A stretch of DNA of 30,554 bases from Candidatus Methylomirabilia bacterium (GCA_046758965.1 JBHIBG010000029.1:1-30554); one strand, 5' to 3'; shown: positions 18,387 to 26,505, counted from the first letter of the stretch. The notes: generated from the letters alone by a model not told the origin. Numbers and translations: made by a program.

Positions 18387-19346
18387 TTACGGGATCCGGA
18401 GCGGGCGACGGACGTGTTTCCAGCGGTCGTGCATCCAGAGCCATTGGTCCGGCTGCCCGAGGATGAATCGTTCCATCCAGCCGTTCATGGCTTCGGTGAG
18501 CCGGCGGAGCTCTGACCCATGGTCGGCCGTCAGGTCCGGCCACAACGGCTCGCTCATCTCCCCCCGGTAGCTCAACGGCCGGCCCGTCCGGATACACGCG
18601 ACGACCACGATGGGCCGATTGTACCTGTACGCGAGGATCGCCGGGATCACGGTGGTGGAGGCCGGGCGCCCGAAGAAGCTGGCGGGGATGCCCCGGCTGG
18701 ACTGGTCTGCGAGAATGGCGACGCACATCCCCTGCCTGAGCGCCTCCCTCATCGCGGCGAGCGCGTTCTTCTTGTAGACGACCTGCTGGCCCGTGGCCGT
18801 TCTGGAGCCCGTAACCAGTCGTTCGAGCAAGGGGTTATCGAGCGGACGCGCCACAACGACCAGCGGGATCTCGGCCAGCCGCGCCACGTGGAGGAGGATC
18901 TCCCAGTTCCCCAGGTGAAGGGCGACGAAAATGACCCCTCCCGCTTTGTCGTAGAGCTCTCGGATGCGTTGCCGGAACACCTCAAAGTCATCTACGTGGA
19001 CCGGGAACTTCCCGGCTGTCCATTCCCGGCTGACCCACATGGTCTCCAAACCGGTCATGAGAAAGGAGTGGACGCTCCGGCGGGCGATCGACCGGATCTC
19101 GGCCGGACTCTTGCTGGACCCGAAGGCCCGCTGGAGGTTTTCGAGCGCGAGAGCCCGTCTGCGGCGGGAGAAGAGAAACACCGCGTCTCCGGCCAGCCGG
19201 CAGAGGGCCGACCCGACCCGCCGGGGCACGAGCCGAGCGACGACCATGCCGAGATAGACCCCGGCGTACTCGGCCATCTGCCGGAGCTTGCTCTTCTTTC
19301 GCTTCTTGGCCCTCAGCCCGGACATCGCGCTCAAGCTGCCACTCAC
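18387..19346 (-). CDS. lipid A lauroyl/lysophospholipid acyltransferase (LpxL/HtrB family)
   Basis: HLGNWE, RPLDNP, ILADQ, FFGRPA, PDQWLWMHDRWK. Confidence 0.9.
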   Translation of the reverse strand: MSGSLSAMSGLRAKKRKKSKLRQMAEYAGVYLGMVVARLVPRRVGSALCRLAGDAVFLFSRRRRALALENLQRAFGSSKSPAEIRSIARRSVHSFLMTGLETMWVSREWTAGKFPVHVDDFEVFRQRIRELYDKAGGVIFVALHLGNWEILLHVARLAEIPLVVVARPLDNPLLERLVTGSRTATGQQVVYKKNALAAMREALRQGMCVAILADQSSRGIPASFFGRPASTTVIPAILAYRYNRPIVVVACIRTGRPLSYRGEMSEPLWPDLTADHGSELRRLTEAMNGWMERFILGQPDQWLWMHDRWKHVRRPLRIP

Positions 19347-20119
19347 GAGATGCTGAGGCCGCCGTCGATCGCGATGGCCTGCCCGACGATGTAGGTTGAC
19401 TCCTCCGAGGCCAGAAACGCGACCAGGCTGGCGACCTCGGAGGGCAGGCCGAAGCGACGAACCGGGATCCTCTCGAGGAGGGCCGGACCCGCCCGCTCCT
19501 GAACGGCCCGGCTCATGTCGGTCTCAATGATACCGGGAAGGACCGCGTTGATCTGAATCCCTTTGCGGCTCATCTCGACCGCGGCCGCGCGCGTAAACGC
19601 CACCAGCGCTCCCTTGGAGGCGGCGTAATTCGTCTGTCCCCGACCGCCTGACACGGCGCTGGCCGAGGCGATGTTGATGATCTTCCCCGCCCGCTGCCTG
19701 AGCATCACCTCCAAGGCCCGTCGCGTGCAGAGAAACGCGCCGGTCACGTTGACATCCTGGACGGATTGCCAGTCTTCGAGCTCCATGGAGAGGAGGAGCC
19801 TGTCCCGGATGATCCCCGCATTATTCACCAGGATGTCCAGCCGCCCATACTCCTCGCGGATAAAGGCGAACATCGCGTCGACCTCTTCGGCCTTTGAGAC
19901 GTCGGCTTGAACCGTGCTGGCTTGGCCACGGCCTCGCACGATCTCCTCCCGCAGCCCCTCCGCCGCCTCCTTCGACCGGCGGTAGTTGATGATCACCGCC
20001 GCACCGAGCTGGGCGAGCTTGAGGCTGCACGCGCCGCCGATCCCTCGAGCGCCACCGGTCACCAGGGCCACTTTCCCGTGGAGATCCATCCTCACGGCTG
20101 CTCCCCGATATTCTTGCAT
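19343..20119 (-). CDS. fabG: 3-oxoacyl-ACP reductase (SDR)
   Basis: TGGARGIG, NNAGI, YAASK, PGIIETDM; start may be ATG 20089. Confidence 0.85.
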   Translation of the reverse strand: MQEYRGAAVRMDLHGKVALVTGGARGIGGACSLKLAQLGAAVIINYRRSKEAAEGLREEIVRGRGQASTVQADVSKAEEVDAMFAFIREEYGRLDILVNNAGIIRDRLLLSMELEDWQSVQDVNVTGAFLCTRRALEVMLRQRAGKIINIASASAVSGGRGQTNYAASKGALVAFTRAAAVEMSRKGIQINAVLPGIIETDMSRAVQERAGPALLERIPVRRFGLPSEVASLVAFLASEESTYIVGQAIAIDGGLSIS

Positions 20120-20280
20120 GACGATGGAGGGATTATGAAGCCCGTTTTGCTCCGCTTTCCCCCCTCACAAAGCGCTTGGTCAGGGGAGCGCGAGTGTGGT
20201 AGAAAAGAAGGTGCTTCCCCTTAAGCACAGGAGGGGGATAGAGATCGGCCTCATCACGCAGGACTGAGGAGACTTGATCG

Positions 20281-20910
20281 GTGGACTCGGCGCTGGAACA
20301 GCGCCAGGTGCAACGCGCCTACGCGCTCTACTCTCCCGTCTACGACCTCATCTTCGACTGGATCTTCAGCCCCGGACGTCAGGCTGCTGTCCGGCTCCTG
20401 GACATCCACCGCGGCGACCGGATCCTGGAGGTTGGCATCGGGACCGGCCTCAACCTCCCCCTCTACCCCCTCGATAGCCAGCTCACGGGCGTCGACATCT
20501 CGGCCGAGATGCTGGAGAAGGCCCAGCGGAGGATCCACGAGCTCGGGCTCAGGAACGCCACCCTGAAGCTCATGGATGCGGCGGCCACGGACTTCGGCGA
20601 CAACGAGTTCGACCGGGCCCTGGCCACCTACGTGATCAGCGCGGTGCCTGATCCGGTCGGTGTCCTCCGCGAGATCCGTCGCGTGGTGAAGCCTGGCGGA
20701 ACCCTGGTCATTCTGAACCACTTCCGGAGCGAGCAGCGGCTCATAGGCGCTCTTGACGATTTGGTATCGCCCCTCTGCACCCGCCTGGGCTGGAAATCGA
20801 ACCTGCCCTTCGAGCCACTGCTCCGCCAGGTGAACCTCACTCCCGAGACCATCCGCAAGGTGAACCTCTTCAAGGGCTGGCGCCTCCTCCGCTGCATCAA
20901 CCAGAAGTAG
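20281..20910 (+). CDS. pmtA: phosphatidylethanolamine N-methyltransferase-like SAM methyltransferase
   Basis: AY..YSPVYDLIF, ILEVGIGTG, YVISAVPDP, ILNHF pattern of Rhodobacter-type PmtA; GAGGAG RBS. Confidence 0.7.
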   Translation: MDSALEQRQVQRAYALYSPVYDLIFDWIFSPGRQAAVRLLDIHRGDRILEVGIGTGLNLPLYPLDSQLTGVDISAEMLEKAQRRIHELGLRNATLKLMDAAATDFGDNEFDRALATYVISAVPDPVGVLREIRRVVKPGGTLVILNHFRSEQRLIGALDDLVSPLCTRLGWKSNLPFEPLLRQVNLTPETIRKVNLFKGWRLLRCINQK

Positions 20911-20951
20911 CCCCACCTTCCGCGCACTCCCTGAGAATCTTCACCCCCATT

Positions 20952-21065
20952 GTTTCCCATCGGGAGCCACCGGCCGTAAGTGTCCACAGTCAGTTTGATC
21001 GAGGCGTGGCCGAGCTGCCGCTGAACATACACTGGGCTCAGCCCCATCTGAAGCAGCAGGGAAGC
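20952..21065 (-). pseudogene. tyrosine integrase C-terminal fragment
   Basis: ASLLLQMGLSPVYVQRQLGHASIKLTVDTYGRWLPMGN; LGH and catalytic Y present, HxLRH box and everything upstream missing. Confidence 0.85.
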
Positions 21066-21167
21066 GCCGCTTCAGTTCTCCAAGGAGCGTTGGGATCGCG
21101 TCCGTCCCAACGTCGCCGCCTTGAGAACGATTCTGGAGGAGCTGGGCCAAGGTGGAGAGCGGATGGC

Positions 21168-21518
21168 TCACGCCAGCCCTCTTCCAGTGTCGGGGCCGTG
21201 ATACTGCCCTCGCTCCCCGCACAAAGGGCAGACCCCGGTCTCCTCCCACCACTCCCGCGCCCACTGCCGGCGGAACCGGGTCGCCGCGGGCTCCCCCACC
21301 TCATCCAGCAGCCGGAGGAGCTCCTGGTGGAGCTGGGCAGCCTCCGCCGGGTCGGCAGTTGGTCCCAGGGTGGTCAGCTCGAACCACCGTTTCAGGGCCT
21401 GGTGATATGGCTCCTCCATGGCCTCACGATCCAGTAGGGGGCTCAAGAGCGTCCGGTGCTCCTCGCAGCTCGAGAGCCGGGTCACCGGGCTGAGGATCCT
21501 GAGCGCCAGAGTACTCAT
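21168..21518 (-). CDS. hypothetical protein with CPLC motif
   Basis: GGGAGG RBS; 116 aa; directly downstream of the palindromic array. Confidence 0.6.
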   Translation of the reverse strand: MSTLALRILSPVTRLSSCEEHRTLLSPLLDREAMEEPYHQALKRWFELTTLGPTADPAEAAQLHQELLRLLDEVGEPAATRFRRQWAREWWEETGVCPLCGERGQYHGPDTGRGLA

Positions 21519-21551
21519 GAGAGCCCTCCCTTTCCTGCTCTTTCAGGCCTC

Positions 21552-21679
21552 GAAGCGTTAACACGTTTACACGCCAGTATTCATGCGGGTTGTAAACGCT
21601 TCTGCATCCGTTAACTGTTAACGCTTCACGATGCGTTTACACGCCGCTCCTGGAGCGGGTTGTAAACGTGTTAACGGAT
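21552..21679. repeat. symmetric array of eight GT(T/A)(T/A)AC motifs, origin-like
   Basis: 16-bp perfect IR 21556-21571/21661-21676, inner IR 21591-21599/21633-21641 and central CGTTAAC-T-GTTAACG, all centred on 21616. Confidence 0.85.
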
Positions 21680-21712
21680 TGAGGCTCTGGAGAGCGGGAA
21701 GACAACCCACTT

Positions 21713-22245
21713 TTAGGCCTCCCCTTCGGCCGGGGCAACCGGACTGTAACGCGCCCGGAGGTCAGCGAGCACGTCGGAGGCAAGCAGGTAGAAGCGCCCG
21801 ATTCGACCCTCGCGGCGGCGATGGGAGGCGATCAGGCCCAGGGGGTGCAGGAACCCGGACAGCCGCCGGGCCGTCTTCAGCCACTCCCACCCCGGCCGGG
21901 CCTGAAGCGCATGGAGCAGCTCGGTCGGGGTGAGCACTCCCCCGACCCCTTCACGGATCGCCTCCAGGGCCTCGAGGAGCCGGGAGGTCGTCCCCGCCTC
22001 CTGGTCGGCCTCTTCTCTCACGCCCCCTAGGTCACGGGCAAGAGCGAGCAGACCCACGGTCCGATCGGCCCCGGCCTCGGCGATCGCTTGAAGGAGATCC
22101 GGCGCACCCAGACATCGGAATCACGCACGAGCAGAACGTCCCGCTCGCACCAGTCCACCCGGTCAAGATCCGGGAACGGCTGGCCGTCGAGGAGCCAGGA
22201 CCAGAACCCCCCGAGCGCCGTGCAGGCGAGCCCCTCCGGACTGCT
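21713..22245 (-). pseudogene. primase-like gene relic (DUF3854 Toprim-like piece joined to DUF3631-like C-terminus)
   Basis: GLACTALGGFWSW...PDLDRVDW...RDSDVWVR, then a frameshift near 22100 into PDLLQA joined to LLALARD...RLLEAL...ELLHAL...LADLRARY; N-terminus and middle absent. Confidence 0.65.
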
Positions 22246-22325
22246 TGTCATTCTCAGGCAAGGCCGTTCGGAGAAGAGATGTAACTGCGGCCTCGGCCGA
22301 GAGCCTCAATGGGACACGTCATCAG

Positions 22326-22499
22326 TCAACGCCTCTGAAATTGGAGAGCGTAGGCGATCTGCTCCAAGAGCTGGACCATCCGGTCGAGCTTGGCCCCAAG
22401 CCACTGCGTGAGCCACCAGACCAGGTAGAGGGAGATGGCCCCCGGCACGCCGACAAGCCCGATGAACTTTCCCAGGCCGTTCAGCATCGCTTGATCCAC
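22326..22499 (-). CDS. small membrane protein (YvrJ/holin-like), 57 aa
   Basis: Manual translation MDQAMLNGLGKFIGLVGVPGAISLYLVWWLTQWLGAKLDRMVQLLEQIAYALQFQRR*; overlaps the end of the upstream ORF; below the ORF-track cutoff. Confidence 0.6.
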   Translation of the reverse strand: MDQAMLNGLGKFIGLVGVPGAISLYLVWWLTQWLGAKLDRMVQLLEQIAYALQFQRR

Positions 22500-22672
22500 G
22501 CCAGCGCCAGAGTGAGAGCGAGTGACAACGCCTCCAGGCTGGCGAGGGAGAGCTGCACCACGACCTGCTCCCGCCCCCGGGTGAGGGAGATCAGGAGGGC
22601 GCCGTCCTGGGCCTGCTCCACGGCGGGGTGGGCCAGGCCCTGGTGGAAGTCGAGGTCGATCCGCATGCTCAT
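22481..22672 (-). CDS. hypothetical protein (element cargo)
   Basis: 63 aa; ATGA-coupled to the upstream ORF; GC3-rich codons. Confidence 0.55.
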   Translation of the reverse strand: MSMRIDLDFHQGLAHPAVEQAQDGALLISLTRGREQVVVQLSLASLEALSLALTLALAWIKRC

Positions 22673-22932
22673 TGCCCGCTCCGGGCTCGGCGGAGCTCCC
22701 CGAGCTGGCTGCCTGTGAGGGTGAACTCGATCGCGCGGACCTCGCCGAGTAGCTGGTCAGCTTTCCGCTTCCACGGCTCGATCCGGACGTGAGCCCTGTC
22801 GCAGCGGGCCAGGAGCTTTTGGGCGCAGGCCTCGAGCTTCAGGATCTTGCTGACCTTCCGGGAGCGGAGCTCGGGCACGGGGCTACCGACCGACGCCATC
22901 GCAAGTCTCAGCCTCAAACCCCGCGCGACCAT
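22669..22932 (-). CDS. hypothetical protein (element cargo)
   Basis: 87 aa basic helical ORF coupled to the next gene; start uncertain. Confidence 0.5.
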   Translation of the reverse strand: MVARGLRLRLAMASVGSPVPELRSRKVSKILKLEACAQKLLARCDRAHVRIEPWKRKADQLLGEVRAIEFTLTGSQLGELRRARSGQ

Positions 22933-23010
22933 ATCTGAACGAGTGCGCTAGAATGGGAGCGTGCCGAGCGTTCATGGGCAGAGACGCGGGCTCGGCCAGG
23001 GAGGCAAGCC

Positions 23011-23250
23011 ATGGCGCGGATGGACTGGAGAGACCGGGTCGTCATTGACCCCGACGTGCACCACGGCGACCCGTGTATCAAGGGGACGCGCATCCCCATC
23101 AGCGTCATCGTGGGCAGCATCGCGGACGGGATGAGCACGCAAGAGGTGCGAGCCGCCTACCCCCAGCTCTCGCTCGAGGACATCCAGGCCGCGCTGGCGT
23201 ACGCCGCGGAGGTGCTGCGGCACGAGGTCATCATCCCGACCCCGGGCTAG
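23011..23250 (+). CDS. DUF433 antitoxin-like protein
   Basis: IDPDVHHGDPCIKGTRIPI...YPQLSLEDIQAALAYA; GGAGG RBS. Confidence 0.92.
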   Translation: MARMDWRDRVVIDPDVHHGDPCIKGTRIPISVIVGSIADGMSTQEVRAAYPQLSLEDIQAALAYAAEVLRHEVIIPTPG

Positions 23251-23253
23251 CCT

Positions 23254-23379
23254 GTGCACGGGATCGCGCCCCTGCTGGACCTGATGCGCCGCGTATTGCG
23301 CTCCGGGGAGTTGGAGCGGCTGCACGGAACCGTCACGGTTGCGACGCCTCGGCGGATTCGGATCCGCCGGGCGCGCTGA
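23254..23379 (+). pseudogene. internally deleted DUF5615 (PIN-like) toxin
   Basis: GTG 3 nt after the DUF433 stop; MHGIAPLLDLMRRVLRSGELERLHGTVTVATPRRIRIRRAR* resembles only the C-terminal third of DUF433-partner toxins. Confidence 0.65.
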
Positions 23380-23599
23380 CGTGCGATCTCGGTAGCCCCT
23401 CGCTCCTGCCATCGTTACGGGAGACTCGGAGACCGCCGTCACTTCTGTCTCTCTCCTGTCACCCTCCAGCCAGAGCAGACCAAAATCCTTGAAGGACCTC
23501 CTGGCTCGACGCCTGTTGCTGTTCATCGCTCTCCTTTCTCCGGCGCGAGCCCTTTGAGAGCTTCCTCCGACGTTGCTCCGCGTCAACCGCCTCTCTTAG

Positions 23600-23615
23600 G
23601 GCAAGGCAAATGCCA
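23600..23615 (-). promoter_or_regulatory. sigma54 (-24/-12) promoter
   Basis: Minus strand TGGCAT-TTGCC-TTGCC (GG-N10-GC); IHF-like TCAA-CTGC-TTA at about 23650-23660; strong RBS AAAGGAG before ATG 23526. Confidence 0.6.
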
Positions 23616-23702
23616 CACGACAAGGAGGAAGGGGAAACGCGATGATTACTAAGCAGTTGAGGCTCACGCCGACCGCCTAGACCAGCGTGTCAGGAAGGCC
23701 GA

Positions 23703-23966
23703 AGGTGCGATTTAGGTTCGATTTCGGCCGCTTGAGGTTCGATTCCCGGGGTCTGAGGTGCGATTTAGGTGCGTTTTCACATGAAATGGGACCCCTGAAG
23801 GAGCGGTTTCTAGCCGACTCCTCAGCGCTGGACGCCCTCTGGCGAAGCCCCTCCTGTCAGCGGAGGTGCCAAAGAAAAAAGAACAATTCAGGAGTCCACG
23901 ACCGGCCACCGAATGGCGTCAGGGGTGCCGAGAAATCGCACCCGAAATCGCACCTTAAACGCACCT
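23703..23966. repeat. 11-mer AGGTGCGATTT array (5 direct and 3 inverted copies)
   Basis: Copies at 23703, 23714, 23735, 23756, 23767 (+) and 23933, 23945, 23956 (-). Confidence 0.85.
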
Positions 23967-24238
23967 CCAAGGGCTCGCTGAAGCACTGGCGCCGGGGCGG
24001 CGCCTTTCACGGGATCCGCCAGACGCATTGACCTTGGCGCTGACTTCACCTCAGCCATAAAGGGATCATGCTGACCAGTGCTTGTCGGGACCGACTGGTT
24101 GTGAAGAGCCTTGACGAGGGTTTGGCGAGGCAGGAAAATTGCCGCAGTTGTTGGAGGTTTCAGCGCGCAATATGCTGACCGGCATACCAATATAGTTGAA
24201 CAGCGACAGGGTATGGGGTGGGCATAGAAAGTCTCGGC

Positions 24239-24517
24239 TCAGTTCGGCTGGTCGAGCTGCATGATCTCCCGGACCCGCTCGAGCATCACCGAGGCCGCCC
24301 CGCGCCGCTCGATCTGCTCGCGGGTCAGGAAGTCAGCGATCGGGACGTGGATGTGCAGCTCACGCTGGCAGGTGGTACAGAACAGCTTGACGCGGATCTG
24401 GGCGGCATCCTCGGTAAGATCGTCCGGCGTTGAGTCTTTCATATCCAGGCCAGGGCAGGATGCGTGGGACCTGATGAAGGCGTCGATGTGGGAGTGAGGC
24501 CGGTTAGGCTCAGGCAT
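24239..24517 (-). CDS. hypothetical protein with HxxC and CxxC, possible zinc binding
   Basis: MPEPNRPHSHIDAFIRSHASCPG...LFCTTCQRE; ATG 24517 preceded by GGAG; the ORF can be extended to 24652. Confidence 0.55.
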   Translation of the reverse strand: MPEPNRPHSHIDAFIRSHASCPGLDMKDSTPDDLTEDAAQIRVKLFCTTCQRELHIHVPIADFLTREQIERRGAASVMLERVREIMQLDQPN

Positions 24518-24763
24518 CGATCGAGTCTTCTCCGTGCATGGCCTTGGGACTCCCACTCCTTGTAACCTATCCAGTACACCTTTCCCCGCCTGCTGCGCAT
24601 CGTCTGGCAGCGGCTGAAACACGGGTTCGAACAGCGTCTGTGCCGGGACCACTTAGGGGGAGACGGCAAGGCGGGGTCACCCGTGGCACATTCTGACCTC
24701 TGAAACCGGTTACCATCGAACAACTCTGGCTGTCCGAGAACCCTCCCTTTTTTAGCACGCTCT

Positions 24764-24862
24764 GCCTAACGCGGCGGCTCAGCGGCGGCGGTCGGCCGCT
24801 TCAAGGCTGAGCTTCGCTGCGAGCGGCGCCAGGCCGCCGCCGGCTGGAGCCGCTGGTTAGAA
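24764..24862 (-). other. attC: integron attC site (99 bp)
   Basis: Minus strand: R'' TTCTAAC, 5-nt spacer, L'' GCTCCAGC (extra base), paired stem, L' GCTGAGC, 6-nt spacer, R' GTTAGGC; begins 24 nt after the higA stop. Confidence 0.93.
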
Positions 24863-24886
24863 GGCCCGCGCCTCGCACACCCTCAT

Positions 24887-25195
24887 TCACCCGACCGCAC
24901 GCACCGAACGAATGCGCCGAAGAACCGCCGCCTCTTCGGCCTGCGCGCGATAGAGATCCCACCGAAGCTGAAGATTCATCCAGAACCCCGGCGAGTTGCC
25001 GAAGAACTTGGCAAGCCGAAGCGCCGTGCCGGGCGTGATGCCACGCCGGCGATTGATCAGCTCGTTCACGCGCTGGTAGGGCACGCGGATGGCTCGTGCC
25101 AGTTGCTGCTGCGAAAGCCCCATAGGCTTGAGAAACTCCTCAAGGAGCATCTCGCCGGGATGGGTCGGCTCCCGATGCGTCGGTACTCGAATCAT
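24887..25195 (-). CDS. higA: HigA family antitoxin
   Basis: PTHPGEMLLEEFLKPMGLSQ...ALRLAKFFG...FWMNLQ HTH. Confidence 0.95.
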   Translation of the reverse strand: MIRVPTHREPTHPGEMLLEEFLKPMGLSQQQLARAIRVPYQRVNELINRRRGITPGTALRLAKFFGNSPGFWMNLQLRWDLYRAQAEEAAVLRRIRSVRAVG

Positions 25196-25222
25196 ACGCC
25201 ACCTCCCATGTCGAAGCGCTAG

Positions 25223-25516
25223 CTAGTGGTAGTCGACTATCTCGACTGCAGCTGGACCTTCGTCCGTCCACCGGAAGCAGATCCGGAAGCGCTCGTTGAT
25301 GCGGATACTGAACTGGCCCTTCCGGTTGCCCACCAGCGCCTCGAGACGGTTTCCAGGCGGGATCCGAAGTTCTTCAACATGCTCCACGGAATCGAGTTGC
25401 TCCAGCTTCCGCCCGGCCACCTGCCAGAGTTCCTGAGGACAGCTCCGCCGCGCCGCCTTCGTGTTCCGGCCGTTGAACACGTCCTCCGTGCCCTCGTCCG
25501 CGAACGACCGGATCAT
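25223..25516 (-). CDS. higB: HigB (RelE/ParE family) toxin
   Basis: MIRSF...LRIPPGNRLEAL.GNRKGQFSIRIN..FRICFRW...VEIVDYH. Confidence 0.95.
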   Translation of the reverse strand: MIRSFADEGTEDVFNGRNTKAARRSCPQELWQVAGRKLEQLDSVEHVEELRIPPGNRLEALVGNRKGQFSIRINERFRICFRWTDEGPAAVEIVDYH

Positions 25517-25522
25517 GAAGCC

Positions 25523-25551
25523 ACGATAGCACGGATATCATGCTACCGCAA
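25523..25551 (-). promoter_or_regulatory. higBA promoter with operator palindrome, probably leaderless
   Basis: TTGCGG-N17-TATCGT, ATG 6 nt after the -10, no RBS; palindrome TAGCATG-ATATC-CGTGCTA across the spacer. Confidence 0.75.
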
Positions 25552-25560
25552 GCCAGGTCC

Positions 25561-25641
25561 TGCTAAAACGCTCATTAGGCCGAACTGCGTAGCAAAGCAA
25601 ACCCTGCGGCGCTCGCAGCGTAGCACCGGCGCCGAACTGCG
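25561..25641 (-). other. candidate attI-like recombination site 3' of intI
   Basis: CTAA-N8-TTAG inverted core (25563-25578) with two CGCAGTTCGGC direct repeats (25579-25589, 25631-25641). Confidence 0.4.
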
Positions 25642-25764
25642 CTCGGCTGTCGCGTACCTCCTTGCCCGGTGGGGAACTTCGTGCTTGAAGCCCCGCGCGA
25701 GACCGCCGCGTTATGCCGGTCGCCCTATCCCGGCGTTTGACTGGCCGCCGCGGCGCCCGGCACC

Positions 25765-26179
25765 TCACCGGTTGAACATCCGGTCGGCCGGGCTCCGCAC
25801 GGCCGCCGGTCCCCGGTTCAGGACGTGCGTGTAAATCATGGTCGTGCTCACGTCCCCGTGCCCGAGCAACTCCTGGACCGTCGAGATGTCGTGGCCGTCC
25901 TCAAGGAGGTGCGTCGCGAACGAGTGGCGCAGGGTGTGAGGGCTGGCCGGATGGCGCTTGCCGCGGAAGAAGACGTACCAGCGGATCCACGCGACATAGG
26001 TCTTCTCGGTGCGCCAGCTGTAATGGCGGGTGCGGAGCGTCCCCGCGAACGCGGTCGAGGAGGCGGGGCTTGGGCGGCCCTCGCCGGCTGGACTCACGGA
26101 CCGTGAACGCAGAGCCGGACCAACTGCCCTGGGGCAGCCCCACATGCGAGACGGGCAGACTCGCCTGGACGCCGACCAT
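25765..26179 (-). pseudogene. intI: integron integrase, frameshifted and internally deleted
   Basis: [10 protein letters not shown] / frameshift at the G4 run 26041-26044 / [27 protein letters not shown] fused directly to [15 protein letters not shown]...[28 protein letters not shown]. Confidence 0.92.
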
Positions 26180-26385
26180 GCCCCGGCCTCGGCCCCTGTG
26201 AAAGGGTAGGCTCAGCGATCCGCTCTAGTTCCGCAAGTCGCGATTCGGATACACCAGTCCGGCCGCTCTTGGGCGCAATAGACGGGCCGGCTGCAATGAG
26301 GGCCGGTTGGAGCTGGCCGGGTGGTTTGACTGTTCGGGCTAGGATCTGCCATTTCCAGCCCGCCCTGGTAGGGTGAAGATGGATC

Positions 26386-26414
26386 TTGACGAAATCTTAG
26401 AGTCTTGCTAACTT
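26386..26414 (+). promoter_or_regulatory. sigma70 promoter for the cassette-like gene pair
   Basis: TTGACG-N17-TAACTT with TG extended -10. Confidence 0.6.
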
Positions 26415-26505
26415 TTGAGTTCACCTGTTCAGTTTACCTGGGTGGTGTGAGTGTCACCCACTTGGGTCGCCCATCCAAGAACGCCATCGGAGAGGAGGAG
26501 TCACC

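Larger units (their letters stand above)
20952..22932 (-). mobile_element. decayed phage-satellite/integrative element remnant
   Basis: Co-oriented small ORFs, broken primase-like gene, palindromic array and integrase C-terminal fragment; boundaries approximate. Confidence 0.7.

Noticed and set aside
21552..21679. Mini CRISPR array
   Set aside because: Only two 35-bp units with a palindromic, motif-containing interval; no unique spacers and no cas genes.
23730..23752. tRNA T-arm fragment (GAGGTTCGATTCCC) as an att site
   Set aside because: It is one unit of the 11-mer array; no acceptor stem or CCA follows.
26236..26265. Canonical attI upstream of intI (CGGATACACCA-GTCCGGC)
   Set aside because: Position is plausible, but the core reads GTC rather than GTT and no clear L box is seen; not supportable as a feature.
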